The notes under the pieces: generated by a model | Told to the model about the DNA's origin: nothing | The model's database searches: none | The model's input: the letters and a program-made list of their open reading frames with translations, nothing else | Source: Promethearchaeota archaeon | GTDB lineage: Archaea; Asgardarchaeota; Lokiarchaeia; Sigyniarchaeales; SOKP01 | DNA length: 64,000 nt | NCBI GenBank assembly: GCA_019057865.1 | Contig: JAHLWP010000003.1 | Span: 64,001-128,000, forward strand | Direction of reading: 5' to 3' | Position numbers and translations under genes: made by a program | Shown: one piece after another, positions 10,778 through 19,009 of the stretch | Numbering within the stretch: position 1 is the first letter of the stretch | How the letters are laid out: every line of letters begins with the position of its first letter

Positions 10778-10803
10778 CTTCGTGAAAGCTGAGTTTCACG
10801 AAG
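10778..10803. promoter_or_regulatory. Perfect 10-bp stem-loop between tandem GTPase genes
   Basis: CTTCGTGAAA-gctgag-TTTCACGAAG, 40 nt after the 10738 stop. Confidence 0.4.
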
Positions 10804-10941
10804 AAAATTCATAGTTATATGAAATAAAAAAAAAGGTTATTTATTCTTCATCTTCTTCTTAAATTATAATAATTTATATAAATTAATCATATATAGTACC
10901 AATTTTTTTTTAATTAAGTTATAAATTTATTGATACTTACG

Positions 10942-11982
10942 ATGGCTAAAGAACTAATAAAAGCAATAATTTTTACAGAATTTGACGAAGAACTTGGACC
11001 AAATCCGGTTTTATGGTACCCTTCTGATTTACCTGAGAGCTTTCGCATGGTAGTTAGTATTAAATCAATTACAATTCTTTCAGCAGACCAAGGATTGATG
11101 CCGAAATCTCTAATCATTATGCCATTTCCCTCATTAAACTCGAAAGGTATAATAAAATATATTGAAAAAGAAGATAAATCTCGCCGCGGTGGTGTTGCTC
11201 AATCATCTATCACTTTACTTTTCAGTGAAATTGATGATCTGATTTTTTATAAATATTTGATCTTTCTAGAACCTGCATTTAATGAAACTACTCAAGAAAT
11301 AATAAAAATAGAAGATATTAAAACAAATAAAGAAATTCTTTCTAATGAAATAGATAATTTACGGACCGAAATTTTAAATATTTTAGAGGACCTCCGAATA
11401 AAAGAACAATCTGTCCTAAAAACTGAAGCTTTTCCTGAAGAACCTGTAGAAGATAAAGAGGTCATAAAATATAAATTTAAAATAGTGGTTTGTGGTGATC
11501 CGGGGGTAGGAAAAACTTCCACTATTTTAAGATTTACTGATAATGCCTTTATACGTACGTATATTCCAACCCTAGGGGTTAATATTAGCGAAAAAAATGT
11601 TAAGATTGATGGAAACTTAGTTGGATTAATTCTCTGGGACATAGCTGGGCAAAGCAAGTTTGAAACAATGAGAAAACATTTCTATAAGGGAACAGAAGCA
11701 GTTATTTTAATATTTGATTTAACAAATTTGAAATCCTTTGAGAGCATACCTAAATGGTATGAAGACATAAAAAAATATGTAATAGCTGATAATAAAATTG
11801 TTGGATTTATCTTAGGAAACAAGGAAGATTTAGAAGATAGTAGAATAATTGCTAAAAAAGATGCTAATAAAATTGCAAAAGAACTTGGCCTTGATTATAT
11901 AGAAACTTCTGCTTTAACTGGAAAAAATGTAGAGTTAAGTTTTCATAAAGTAGCAGAAGCTTTAATTAATTCTAAAAAATAA
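10942..11982 (+). CDS. uDENN/longin-like domain fused to Rab-like small GTPase (tandem paralog)
   Basis: FTEFDEELGPNP; GDPGVGKT, YIPTLG, WDIAGQ, NKED, TSAL. ATG at 10942 preferred over TTG at 10930. Confidence 0.85.
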   Translation: MAKELIKAIIFTEFDEELGPNPVLWYPSDLPESFRMVVSIKSITILSADQGLMPKSLIIMPFPSLNSKGIIKYIEKEDKSRRGGVAQSSITLLFSEIDDLIFYKYLIFLEPAFNETTQEIIKIEDIKTNKEILSNEIDNLRTEILNILEDLRIKEQSVLKTEAFPEEPVEDKEVIKYKFKIVVCGDPGVGKTSTILRFTDNAFIRTYIPTLGVNISEKNVKIDGNLVGLILWDIAGQSKFETMRKHFYKGTEAVILIFDLTNLKSFESIPKWYEDIKKYVIADNKIVGFILGNKEDLEDSRIIAKKDANKIAKELGLDYIETSALTGKNVELSFHKVAEALINSKK

Positions 11983-12001
11983 TGAGAAATCAATTAGAAT
12001 A

Positions 12002-12577
12002 ATGGAATTAGAAGAAATTATATATAAAAGAAGGACTATCAGAAGATTTAAGCAAGATTCAGTTCCATTAGATATATTAAAAAAGCTGATAGATTTTGCT
12101 CGTGTTGCTCCAATGGCAACTAATCGGCAAGCTCTTGAATTTATTATCATTCAGAATGACGAAAGTCGCCAAAAACTATTTCCATTGGTAAATTGGGCAG
12201 CACTTCTACCAAAAAATGAAAGAACTCCTGAGAAGGGAAGAGAACCTACAGCTTATATAATTATTCTTGTAAATACTAAAATAAAAAAAACTTATGTTGA
12301 TTTTGATGTTGGAGCAGCAGTTGAAAATATTCTTCTTGGGGCAGTACATTTTGGATTAGGTTGTTGTTGGATGGGAAGTATTAATGCAAAAAAGATTCGA
12401 GAATTATTTGAGATTCCTGACTATTATGATATAAAGCATGTTATAAGTTTAGGATATCCAGATGAATTAACTATCATTGAACCTTATAAAGGTTCCTTTA
12501 ATTATTGGAAGGATGAAGAAGGTACCATACATGTACCTAAAAGAGATTTAAATGATATAATTTTCAAAATATATTAA
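12002..12577 (+). CDS. Nitroreductase family protein
   Basis: RRTIRRF, AP.ATNRQ, DVGAAVENILL, GLGCCW and LGYP. Confidence 0.9.
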   Translation: MELEEIIYKRRTIRRFKQDSVPLDILKKLIDFARVAPMATNRQALEFIIIQNDESRQKLFPLVNWAALLPKNERTPEKGREPTAYIIILVNTKIKKTYVDFDVGAAVENILLGAVHFGLGCCWMGSINAKKIRELFEIPDYYDIKHVISLGYPDELTIIEPYKGSFNYWKDEEGTIHVPKRDLNDIIFKIY

Positions 12578-12632
12578 TTTTGTATTCAGATTTAAGTTAA
12601 AAGAATTTAGAATTAAATCATATTTATTACAA

Positions 12633-13679
12633 ATGCCTTCTGCTATTGGAGTAATAAATGCTTTAACCGTTATTATATGGTTTACCCTTGGTTTAATATG
12701 GGGGATATTTAGTCTAATTAAATCAAAGAAATCAAAATCATATGTTTTATTTTCTATGGGTTTAGCTGTATTATTTATAAGCTTTTTATATTCAGGTTTG
12801 GTCTTAGATTCATTATTAGTTCTTTTTACAGAGAGCAACTTAGATACAAATATACATGGTATTCTTACATTTTTCTGGTTTGGTCCTTTAGTAATTATAG
12901 GTACCTATATATTTAATGAACTTATTGCGATGAACTTTAAATTATGGTTGAAGTATTTAATTTTAATTTATTTTTCAATAATAAGTATAATCTTTGAAAT
13001 TCTGTTATTTTTAACTCATTCAAGTTCGATCATTTATAAAATTCCCTCAGAACCTGGTCAAGACTTAATTGATAATATCTTAGTTTTTTGGACACCTCCA
13101 TTTTATATGCTGGCAATTTCTTTATTTCCTGGGATTATAGTATTTAGTCTTTCATTTTTATATGGGGGTATTAAATCCTCAGGAATATTAAGAAAGAAAC
13201 TCATATTATTATTAATCACTTTTGCAGTATTTTTTGGTTTTGGTTCTTTAGATATTGCTATTTTCCCTTTAGATTTCTTTAATTTACCTAAAGGTACATC
13301 AATAATTATAATAAGAGTTTTTATGATTATTGGGGGATTTATCTTTTTTTTTAGCTTAAAAGAAGAATCCATTAAAGCTTCCATTAAAAAATTTAAATCT
13401 GAAGAACCATCTCTTATAGATATTTTAACTGAGACTAAATCTAAAGATATATCACAAGAAAAAATCTTAGCATTTCGAGAACAAACAATATGTCTAATCT
13501 GTGAAAGAGAAATACAAGGCTTTATTAAAATTTTCTTATGTCCTCAATGTGAAGCATTATATTGTGAAAGATGCGCACAAAAGATGATAGAAATGAGTAA
13601 TATGTGTTGGATATGTGATGAGCAAATTGACGAATCAAAACCTGTTAAGCAAGATAATGATATATCTGGAAGCCTATAA
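12633..13679 (+). CDS. 7-TM membrane protein with C-terminal C4C4 RING-like zinc finger
   Basis: Seven TMs, then CLIC-x12-CPQC-x4-CERC-x10-CWIC (13491-13616). Confidence 0.8.
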   Translation: MPSAIGVINALTVIIWFTLGLIWGIFSLIKSKKSKSYVLFSMGLAVLFISFLYSGLVLDSLLVLFTESNLDTNIHGILTFFWFGPLVIIGTYIFNELIAMNFKLWLKYLILIYFSIISIIFEILLFLTHSSSIIYKIPSEPGQDLIDNILVFWTPPFYMLAISLFPGIIVFSLSFLYGGIKSSGILRKKLILLLITFAVFFGFGSLDIAIFPLDFFNLPKGTSIIIIRVFMIIGGFIFFFSLKEESIKASIKKFKSEEPSLIDILTETKSKDISQEKILAFREQTICLICEREIQGFIKIFLCPQCEALYCERCAQKMIEMSNMCWICDEQIDESKPVKQDNDISGSL

Positions 13680-13875
13680 TTAAAAGCTATTTTTAAAATG
13701 CTAAAAAAAAGTAATATGACATCTCGCTTTACATTAACGTGAAAAAATTTTTAAGTAAATCGAGCAAAATTAATTATGTAATCTTTTGCAAATTTAGATT
13801 TTGTCATTAAAAAGAAAAACACAAGCTCAAATATAATACTAAATCTACTACTATAATACAAAAAAGGTGTAATAT

Positions 13876-14979
13876 ATTACTTTAACTCCTATTGGACTAT
13901 TTAACGGAATAACAGCAATTATTTGGTATATTACTGGCTTAATTTGGGGTTTCTTTAGTCTCTATAGATATAAAAAATCAAAAGCAGATATTTTATTGTA
14001 TTTTGGCTTAACAATTATATTCATAAGTATGTTTTTCACTGGTATTATTTTAGATTTTTTCACAATCCTCTTTACTGGCAAGAATTTGAATAATACCTCT
14101 GGAATTCATGGTATTTTAACATTTATATGGTTTGCTCCTACTCTCTCATTTGGGATATATATTGGTCTTGAATTTTTGATACCAGGTGTTAAAAAAGAAT
14201 TAAAAAATTCAATATTATTTACTTATATTATTTTAGCAATAATCTTTGATTTATTCCTTTTTTTAGACCCATTTGGTACTGTAGATTATAAGATGCCTTC
14301 AAAATCAGGGGAAAACTTAATTGATAATGTTTTAATTATAGGTTCTCCTGCTTCTATTTTAGTTATGATCTTTTTTGCAACAGCAATACTGTTCTATGTT
14401 GTAAGATTTTTGTATGGATCTGTTAAATCAACAGGTCTCTTAAGAGAGAAATTCACTAGACTAACTATATGTTTTTTTCTCTTAATAGGGTTTGGAACAG
14501 TGGATATTTTATTTTTCCTGCCGACTATAATTTTAATTATTGTTAGATATGGAATGGTTGTTAGTGGACTTTTTTTTGTTTTGGGAGTAAAAAAAGAAGA
14601 AGCGCCAACCAAACCAAAAGAAGTTATTCATGATGATGAAGTTGAGAGTGGAGTCCTAACAACTTCATTATCCAAGGTTTTATCATATTCTAGACCATCT
14701 GATATATCTACAAATGATATTGAGTTATATCGAAAACAAACAATCTGTTTAGTTTGTAAAAAAAAATTAAAAGGATTCATAGACGTTTTTATTTGCCCTA
14801 AATGTAAGTCATTTTATTGTGATAAATGCGCTCAAATATTAACTCAGTTAGAAAATATGTGTTGGTCATGTAATAATCCAATTGACGATTCAAAACCCAT
14901 TAAACCTTTTAAAATTGAAGAAGAAGATATCGATATCAGCATATCAGAAGGATCAAGGAAAACACTCAGAGAGGAATAG
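13876..14979 (+). CDS. 7-TM membrane protein with C-terminal C4C4 RING-like zinc finger (probable ATT start)
   Basis: The frame is open from 13873 and encodes TM1 (PIGLFNGITAIIWYITGLIWG), homologous to the 12633 paralog, upstream of the TTG at 13996. AGGTG SD at 13865. CLVC-x12-CPKC-x4-CDKC-x10-CWSC at 14746-14871. Confidence 0.8.
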   Translation: MTLTPIGLFNGITAIIWYITGLIWGFFSLYRYKKSKADILLYFGLTIIFISMFFTGIILDFFTILFTGKNLNNTSGIHGILTFIWFAPTLSFGIYIGLEFLIPGVKKELKNSILFTYIILAIIFDLFLFLDPFGTVDYKMPSKSGENLIDNVLIIGSPASILVMIFFATAILFYVVRFLYGSVKSTGLLREKFTRLTICFFLLIGFGTVDILFFLPTIILIIVRYGMVVSGLFFVLGVKKEEAPTKPKEVIHDDEVESGVLTTSLSKVLSYSRPSDISTNDIELYRKQTICLVCKKKLKGFIDVFICPKCKSFYCDKCAQILTQLENMCWSCNNPIDDSKPIKPFKIEEEDIDISISEGSRKTLREE

Positions 14980-15129
14980 CACATAATAATAGTCACATAA
15001 TAATTATAAATAAATGAAATTAAGATTACATAAAAAGAAATAAAATATTTAAATATATAATATAAATTTTAAAATAAATTAAATTAATCATTAAAAAACT
15101 AAATTATTTAAAAAAAGAGAGAGATTTAT

Positions 15130-15396
15130 ATGCGAATAACAGTTGAGGATTCACGAACAGGTAAAGTTATTAAACTTGATGTTAAGGAACATCATACAAT
15201 TGAAAGGATTATAGACATAATTGTAAAGCATATGGGCATTATTAGTGCTGAGGAACGTGCATACACTTTAGTATTAAATGGAAAGGAGTTACCTACAACA
15301 ATAACCATCGAGGATTCTGTCCATAAATTTGGTTTAAAAGAAAACGACAAATTAGCCTTATGGGCAAGAGTCATAGGGGGTTATTATAAACATTAA
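15130..15396 (+). CDS. Ubiquitin-like modifier precursor
   Basis: Ubiquitin-like pattern (MRITV..TGKVIKLDV..HTI..LVLNGKEL..GLKEND.L.L) ending RVIGG followed by YYKH. Confidence 0.9.
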   Translation: MRITVEDSRTGKVIKLDVKEHHTIERIIDIIVKHMGIISAEERAYTLVLNGKELPTTITIEDSVHKFGLKENDKLALWARVIGGYYKH

Positions 15397-15471
15397 ATTA
15401 TTTTTTAATTGGAGATAATACAAAGGTTTTCCAATTATTAAAGTTAAGATTAAGAACGATATTTAACTTTT

Positions 15472-16029
15472 CTAATCTATGATGACTATGTCATCCTTTT
15501 CTTCCTCTTCTTCTTCAATTTTGAATTCTCTCTTGAGGTCTTCCATAGTATTTTGCTTAAAAAAATTTGCTGCTTCTAAACAGACATCATATTTTAATGG
15601 ATCATCTGGATTAGGATTCTCCACTAATTTTTGCAAGGCTTTGACGGTAGTCTCTAAATCTGTAAGTCTTGACCATTTTTTTAGAATGTTTAAACAAATA
15701 TAGCCAGTTCCAGATTCGTAACGCAAGGGGGCTTTAGCAGGATGAATATTGGGATGAAATATATTTGATTGCCAAGAGAATCTAATACCTCCAGGATATG
15801 GAAAAGCTCTATTTAGTTCCAAATGAATTTGATGATCTTTCTGAGGAACAATATCAATTCCTTCCTTAAAAGTACCCATAATAAAACCTAAGGCTTTTAA
15901 ATTGATTAAAAACTTAACACTATTATCACTTTGAATTATTGAATTCGTATCGATAACGTTTAAGCTTTTTAAACTTTTAATTTCATTTTCAATCCTATTT
16001 TTCCAAATTTCTAAAGGAAGTTCTGGCAT
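15472..16029 (-). CDS. Ubiquitin-conjugating enzyme E2 (UBC fold)
   Basis: RI.NE, FPY, IFHPNI...GYICLNILKKW and NPNPDDPL; acidic C-terminal tail. Confidence 0.92.
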   Translation of the reverse strand: MPELPLEIWKNRIENEIKSLKSLNVIDTNSIIQSDNSVKFLINLKALGFIMGTFKEGIDIVPQKDHQIHLELNRAFPYPGGIRFSWQSNIFHPNIHPAKAPLRYESGTGYICLNILKKWSRLTDLETTVKALQKLVENPNPDDPLKYDVCLEAANFFKQNTMEDLKREFKIEEEEEEKDDIVIID

Positions 16030-16124
16030 CTTTTTAAAATTAAAAATCTCATTAAGTTACATATTGATATTTTCTTTCTTTATATTTATAATAATCATTT
16101 TTTATTTTGAAATGGATTTAATCT

Positions 16125-17003
16125 TCATTTATTATCCTTATAAGAACATGTCCAACAATCTGGATTCTTTAACTTTTCAATAACTTCAAATTTATTTATT
16201 AGTCCATTGTAATTTAATTGTTTTCCTATTAGTGGTTCACCAATATGAGGATTCCATTTACCTTGTTCCTTAAAATGATCATTTCCTAATATAAATTTTA
16301 TTACTTGTTGAGATTGAATTCCTCCAATAATAGAAGTTGTAGTAATTATAGTTGCAATTTTACTAATAGTAGCTCCATTCGAAGATTCGATTTCTTCTCC
16401 CGTACAGGAAAACTTTAACCACATTAGATCTAGATCAGCGCCAGAAATCCCGCATTGCAAACAAGCAGCATCAGCAACTCCAGAATAAACAGCTTGGACT
16501 GATCCAAAGAATTCATCAATTCCAGAATCAATAAAAGGTACTTGATAATAATAAGCATAATTATTTGCTTCAAGTCTAGCTTCAACATTATCAAGACAAG
16601 AGCAAATCACATCCACTTGTTTATACAAATCTTTATCTATCTCATTAAGAGCTTTCTTTATTGTTAAAATTTTAACTTCAGGGTTGAGTTTTTCACACGC
16701 TGCTTTAATGATATCTACTTTATATTTATTTTCTACTTTATTTTCCATATTAAACAAAATACATCGATTAAGATTAGATTTTTCAATAATATCATAATCA
16801 ATAATAATTAACTTTCCAATTCCACTCAAGCATAAATTTTTAGCGACTTCGTTACCGGTTGCACCAACCCCTATTATCATTACCGTCGCATTTGAGATCT
16901 TATTTTGGTCCCATCCAGCAATTCGTTTCTGCCGATCATACTTATCGTCATTTATATCCTCCTCTCCTAAGAATTTATATTCATTATCACTATTTTCTGT
17001 CAT
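16125..17003 (-). CDS. Ubiquitin-activating enzyme E1 (ThiF/MoeB family)
   Basis: YDRQ, GVGATG, DYDIIEKSNLNR, LDNVEAR, Zn pairs CLQC/CWTC, candidate catalytic Cys in FSCTG. Confidence 0.92.
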   Translation of the reverse strand: MTENSDNEYKFLGEEDINDDKYDRQKRIAGWDQNKISNATVMIIGVGATGNEVAKNLCLSGIGKLIIIDYDIIEKSNLNRCILFNMENKVENKYKVDIIKAACEKLNPEVKILTIKKALNEIDKDLYKQVDVICSCLDNVEARLEANNYAYYYQVPFIDSGIDEFFGSVQAVYSGVADAACLQCGISGADLDLMWLKFSCTGEEIESSNGATISKIATIITTTSIIGGIQSQQVIKFILGNDHFKEQGKWNPHIGEPLIGKQLNYNGLINKFEVIEKLKNPDCWTCSYKDNK

Positions 17004-17021
17004 AATTTTACAGGACTATTT

Positions 17022-17540
17022 CTACTTGATAATGGCATAACTAATTTCTTTATACCCATTTTCGGATTGATCATTTAAAGTAAAAAATTTAAATTCATCT
17101 CTAATTGGATCAACAACTAAAGCTACATGATACGATCTATTAAAAATTAAGCTTTGCGTAGTTAAATCAACACTACTTAAAAAGCATCCAATATTTGGAT
17201 GGGAATGCCACCATCCTAAATTTAGTAAGTTTTCATTATTTTGATCTAATTTCAATTTATCATATTCCTCCGAATATTTAGAAAATTCAAATTGAATATT
17301 ATTTATTATTCCTTTTTCTCCTGATTCTTGAAATGAAAATTCATTTGCTATGAAAGCTTCCTTTATGTAAAGATAATGATTTAATAAAATATATTTCTGT
17401 TTATTCCAAATGTAGCGTTCTCCAACTAAATAACCAAAAACTTCATTTACATTTTCTTTACATATCTTTTTAATCCCTTCTATTACTTCTTTAGTAATAT
17501 ATAATGGAAATACGTAATTCTCGTCAATTGTCATAATCAT
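17022..17540 (-). CDS. JAB/MPN+ (JAMM) metalloprotease / deubiquitinase
   Basis: EVFGYLVG ... GWWHSHP..GCFLSSVD..TQ ... ALVVDP (Rpn11/AMSH-like). Confidence 0.92.
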   Translation of the reverse strand: MIMTIDENYVFPLYITKEVIEGIKKICKENVNEVFGYLVGERYIWNKQKYILLNHYLYIKEAFIANEFSFQESGEKGIINNIQFEFSKYSEEYDKLKLDQNNENLLNLGWWHSHPNIGCFLSSVDLTTQSLIFNRSYHVALVVDPIRDEFKFFTLNDQSENGYKEISYAIIK

Positions 17541-17568
17541 GAAATTTTATTGATTTTAAGTATCTATA

Positions 17569-18492
17569 TTAGTTTGATTTTTCTATTTCAGAAACTTCCT
17601 TTTGTTTCATTTGAATTTTATTATAAATAGAATTTTTTAGAATTTCATTCATTATTATAAAAATATTTTTAGCTGAATCTTCTTGGATTGCTGTAAATCC
17701 ATATGTCTTTGCACCAAAAGTTTCTTGAATTTCTTTAGGGTCGAAAGATGTTTCTTTTAAATCCTGAAAATTGGCAATAATATAAAAATCTGCTTTCAGA
17801 ACCTTCTTCTTTAGTTTTAAATATAATTTTTTAGTTCTTCTTAAATTACTTGCTGCTGAATTAGTTATAATACAGATAATGTCGCATATGTTTAACAAAG
17901 ATTTATAGTGCTTTGAATTACTTATTAAATCTTCTAAATCAATTTCTTTCAAGATAAATTGCTTTATATTTCCTAGATTTGTTATATCAACTGGTTTTTC
18001 AATTATTTCAGTCATATCATCATCTATATCTAAAACAGTCTCTCCAGGAAATAAATCCATGATAGTAGTTTTTCCTACACCAATTTCTCCAACAAATAAT
18101 ACTTTTGGGGAAATAAAAATATATTCTTCAACAAATTCATCAAAACTTTCGAATATCTTAGTTTTACCTGTCCAGTTCTCTAGATATGTTTGGTATCTAT
18201 TGATAAACTCATTTTTCATTAATTCAACTTTTTCTCTCACTTCATCTTCCAAATCTTCTATATCTGTTACAATGACAAATATACAATCAAATTCAGAAGA
18301 ATAGGAATATATAAATTTGAAATTTTTAAAGTTAAGTGATTTTATTTCACCAACTTTAACTGCTTTAGCAAATCCACTAATTGCTGTAAGGAAGCCGCTA
18401 ATTAAATCATCTTCTACTTCACTGGGTCTTATATAATTCTTTGAATAACATAGTATCCCTCCTTTTGCGATAACGTAAATTCTTGATATCAT
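17569..18492 (-). CDS. Longin-like domain fused to degenerate small GTPase
   Basis: N-terminal IYVI..GG.LCYSK..DLISGFLTAISGFAK longin pattern. G1 GEIGVGKTT; no DxxG; G4 NFQD; G5 FTAI. Confidence 0.8.
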   Translation of the reverse strand: MISRIYVIAKGGILCYSKNYIRPSEVEDDLISGFLTAISGFAKAVKVGEIKSLNFKNFKFIYSYSSEFDCIFVIVTDIEDLEDEVREKVELMKNEFINRYQTYLENWTGKTKIFESFDEFVEEYIFISPKVLFVGEIGVGKTTIMDLFPGETVLDIDDDMTEIIEKPVDITNLGNIKQFILKEIDLEDLISNSKHYKSLLNICDIICIITNSAASNLRRTKKLYLKLKKKVLKADFYIIANFQDLKETSFDPKEIQETFGAKTYGFTAIQEDSAKNIFIIMNEILKNSIYNKIQMKQKEVSEIEKSN

Positions 18493-18580
18493 CTTCTCGC
18501 TTTGGTAAATTAGGTTAATGTTTTTATACTGAGTATGCCGGAATTTAATTGTCGGGGCAACTCAATATACATCCATTTTA

Positions 18581-18620
18581 ATTTAATTTAAGATAATAAG
18601 ATTAATTAAAATGATTATGA
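18581..18620 (-). promoter_or_regulatory. Conserved 40-bp upstream element, copy 1
   Basis: 36/40 identical to 22800-22839; both copies lie upstream of paralogous longin-GTPase genes. Confidence 0.6.
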
Positions 18621-18681
18621 AAAATATATATAAATATAATTAAAAAGTTTGAAACTATAGAAAAATATCAAGGGAGCTCTT

Positions 18682-18843
18682 ATGCATGATAAACAAAATG
18701 GTGATTCATATCCAACAATAGTAAAAACAAAAAAGAAAGGAATAATAGAGCGCAAACCTCCAAATGACAAAATTATTTTTTACAAATTCACCAAGACAGA
18801 AGAAGCAAATGAAACAAAAACAGAAGAAAATAATGGTACTTAA
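18682..18843 (+). CDS. Possible 53-aa small protein (not in ORF track)
   Basis: ATG 18682 to TAA 18843 (MHDKQNGDSYPTIVKTKKKG...EENNGT) with GGGAG upstream. Confidence 0.3.
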   Translation: MHDKQNGDSYPTIVKTKKKGIIERKPPNDKIIFYKFTKTEEANETKTEENNGT

Positions 18844-19009
18844 AAAAACTCGTAAATATAAATTCAAAATGGAATAAAGCTATATTTAAGCATTAAGGAT
18901 ATTAAAAAAAAGGGGAATTTATAAAATTAGACATACTTGTAACAATTTTTATATTAATATAAAAAAGAGATAATTACAATAGAAATTATAAAGAAATATA
19001 TTTAAAAAG

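Noticed and set aside
8800-12577. Methyltransferase and nitroreductase as parts of the ubiquitin/GTPase system
   Set aside because: Generic enzymes with nothing beyond position to link them; synteny data would be needed.
14980-15004. Direct repeat CACATAATAAT x2
   Set aside because: Only two short AT-rich copies with no spacers; not a CRISPR array.
15130-17540. Reading the module as ThiS/MoaD sulfur transfer or SAMPylation
   Set aside because: A UBC-fold E2 is present, the modifier looks ubiquitin-like, and no thiamine or molybdopterin synthesis genes are adjacent.
18525-18570. Hairpin as a possible SECIS element
   Set aside because: No in-frame TGA selenoprotein candidate nearby and no clear SECIS core.
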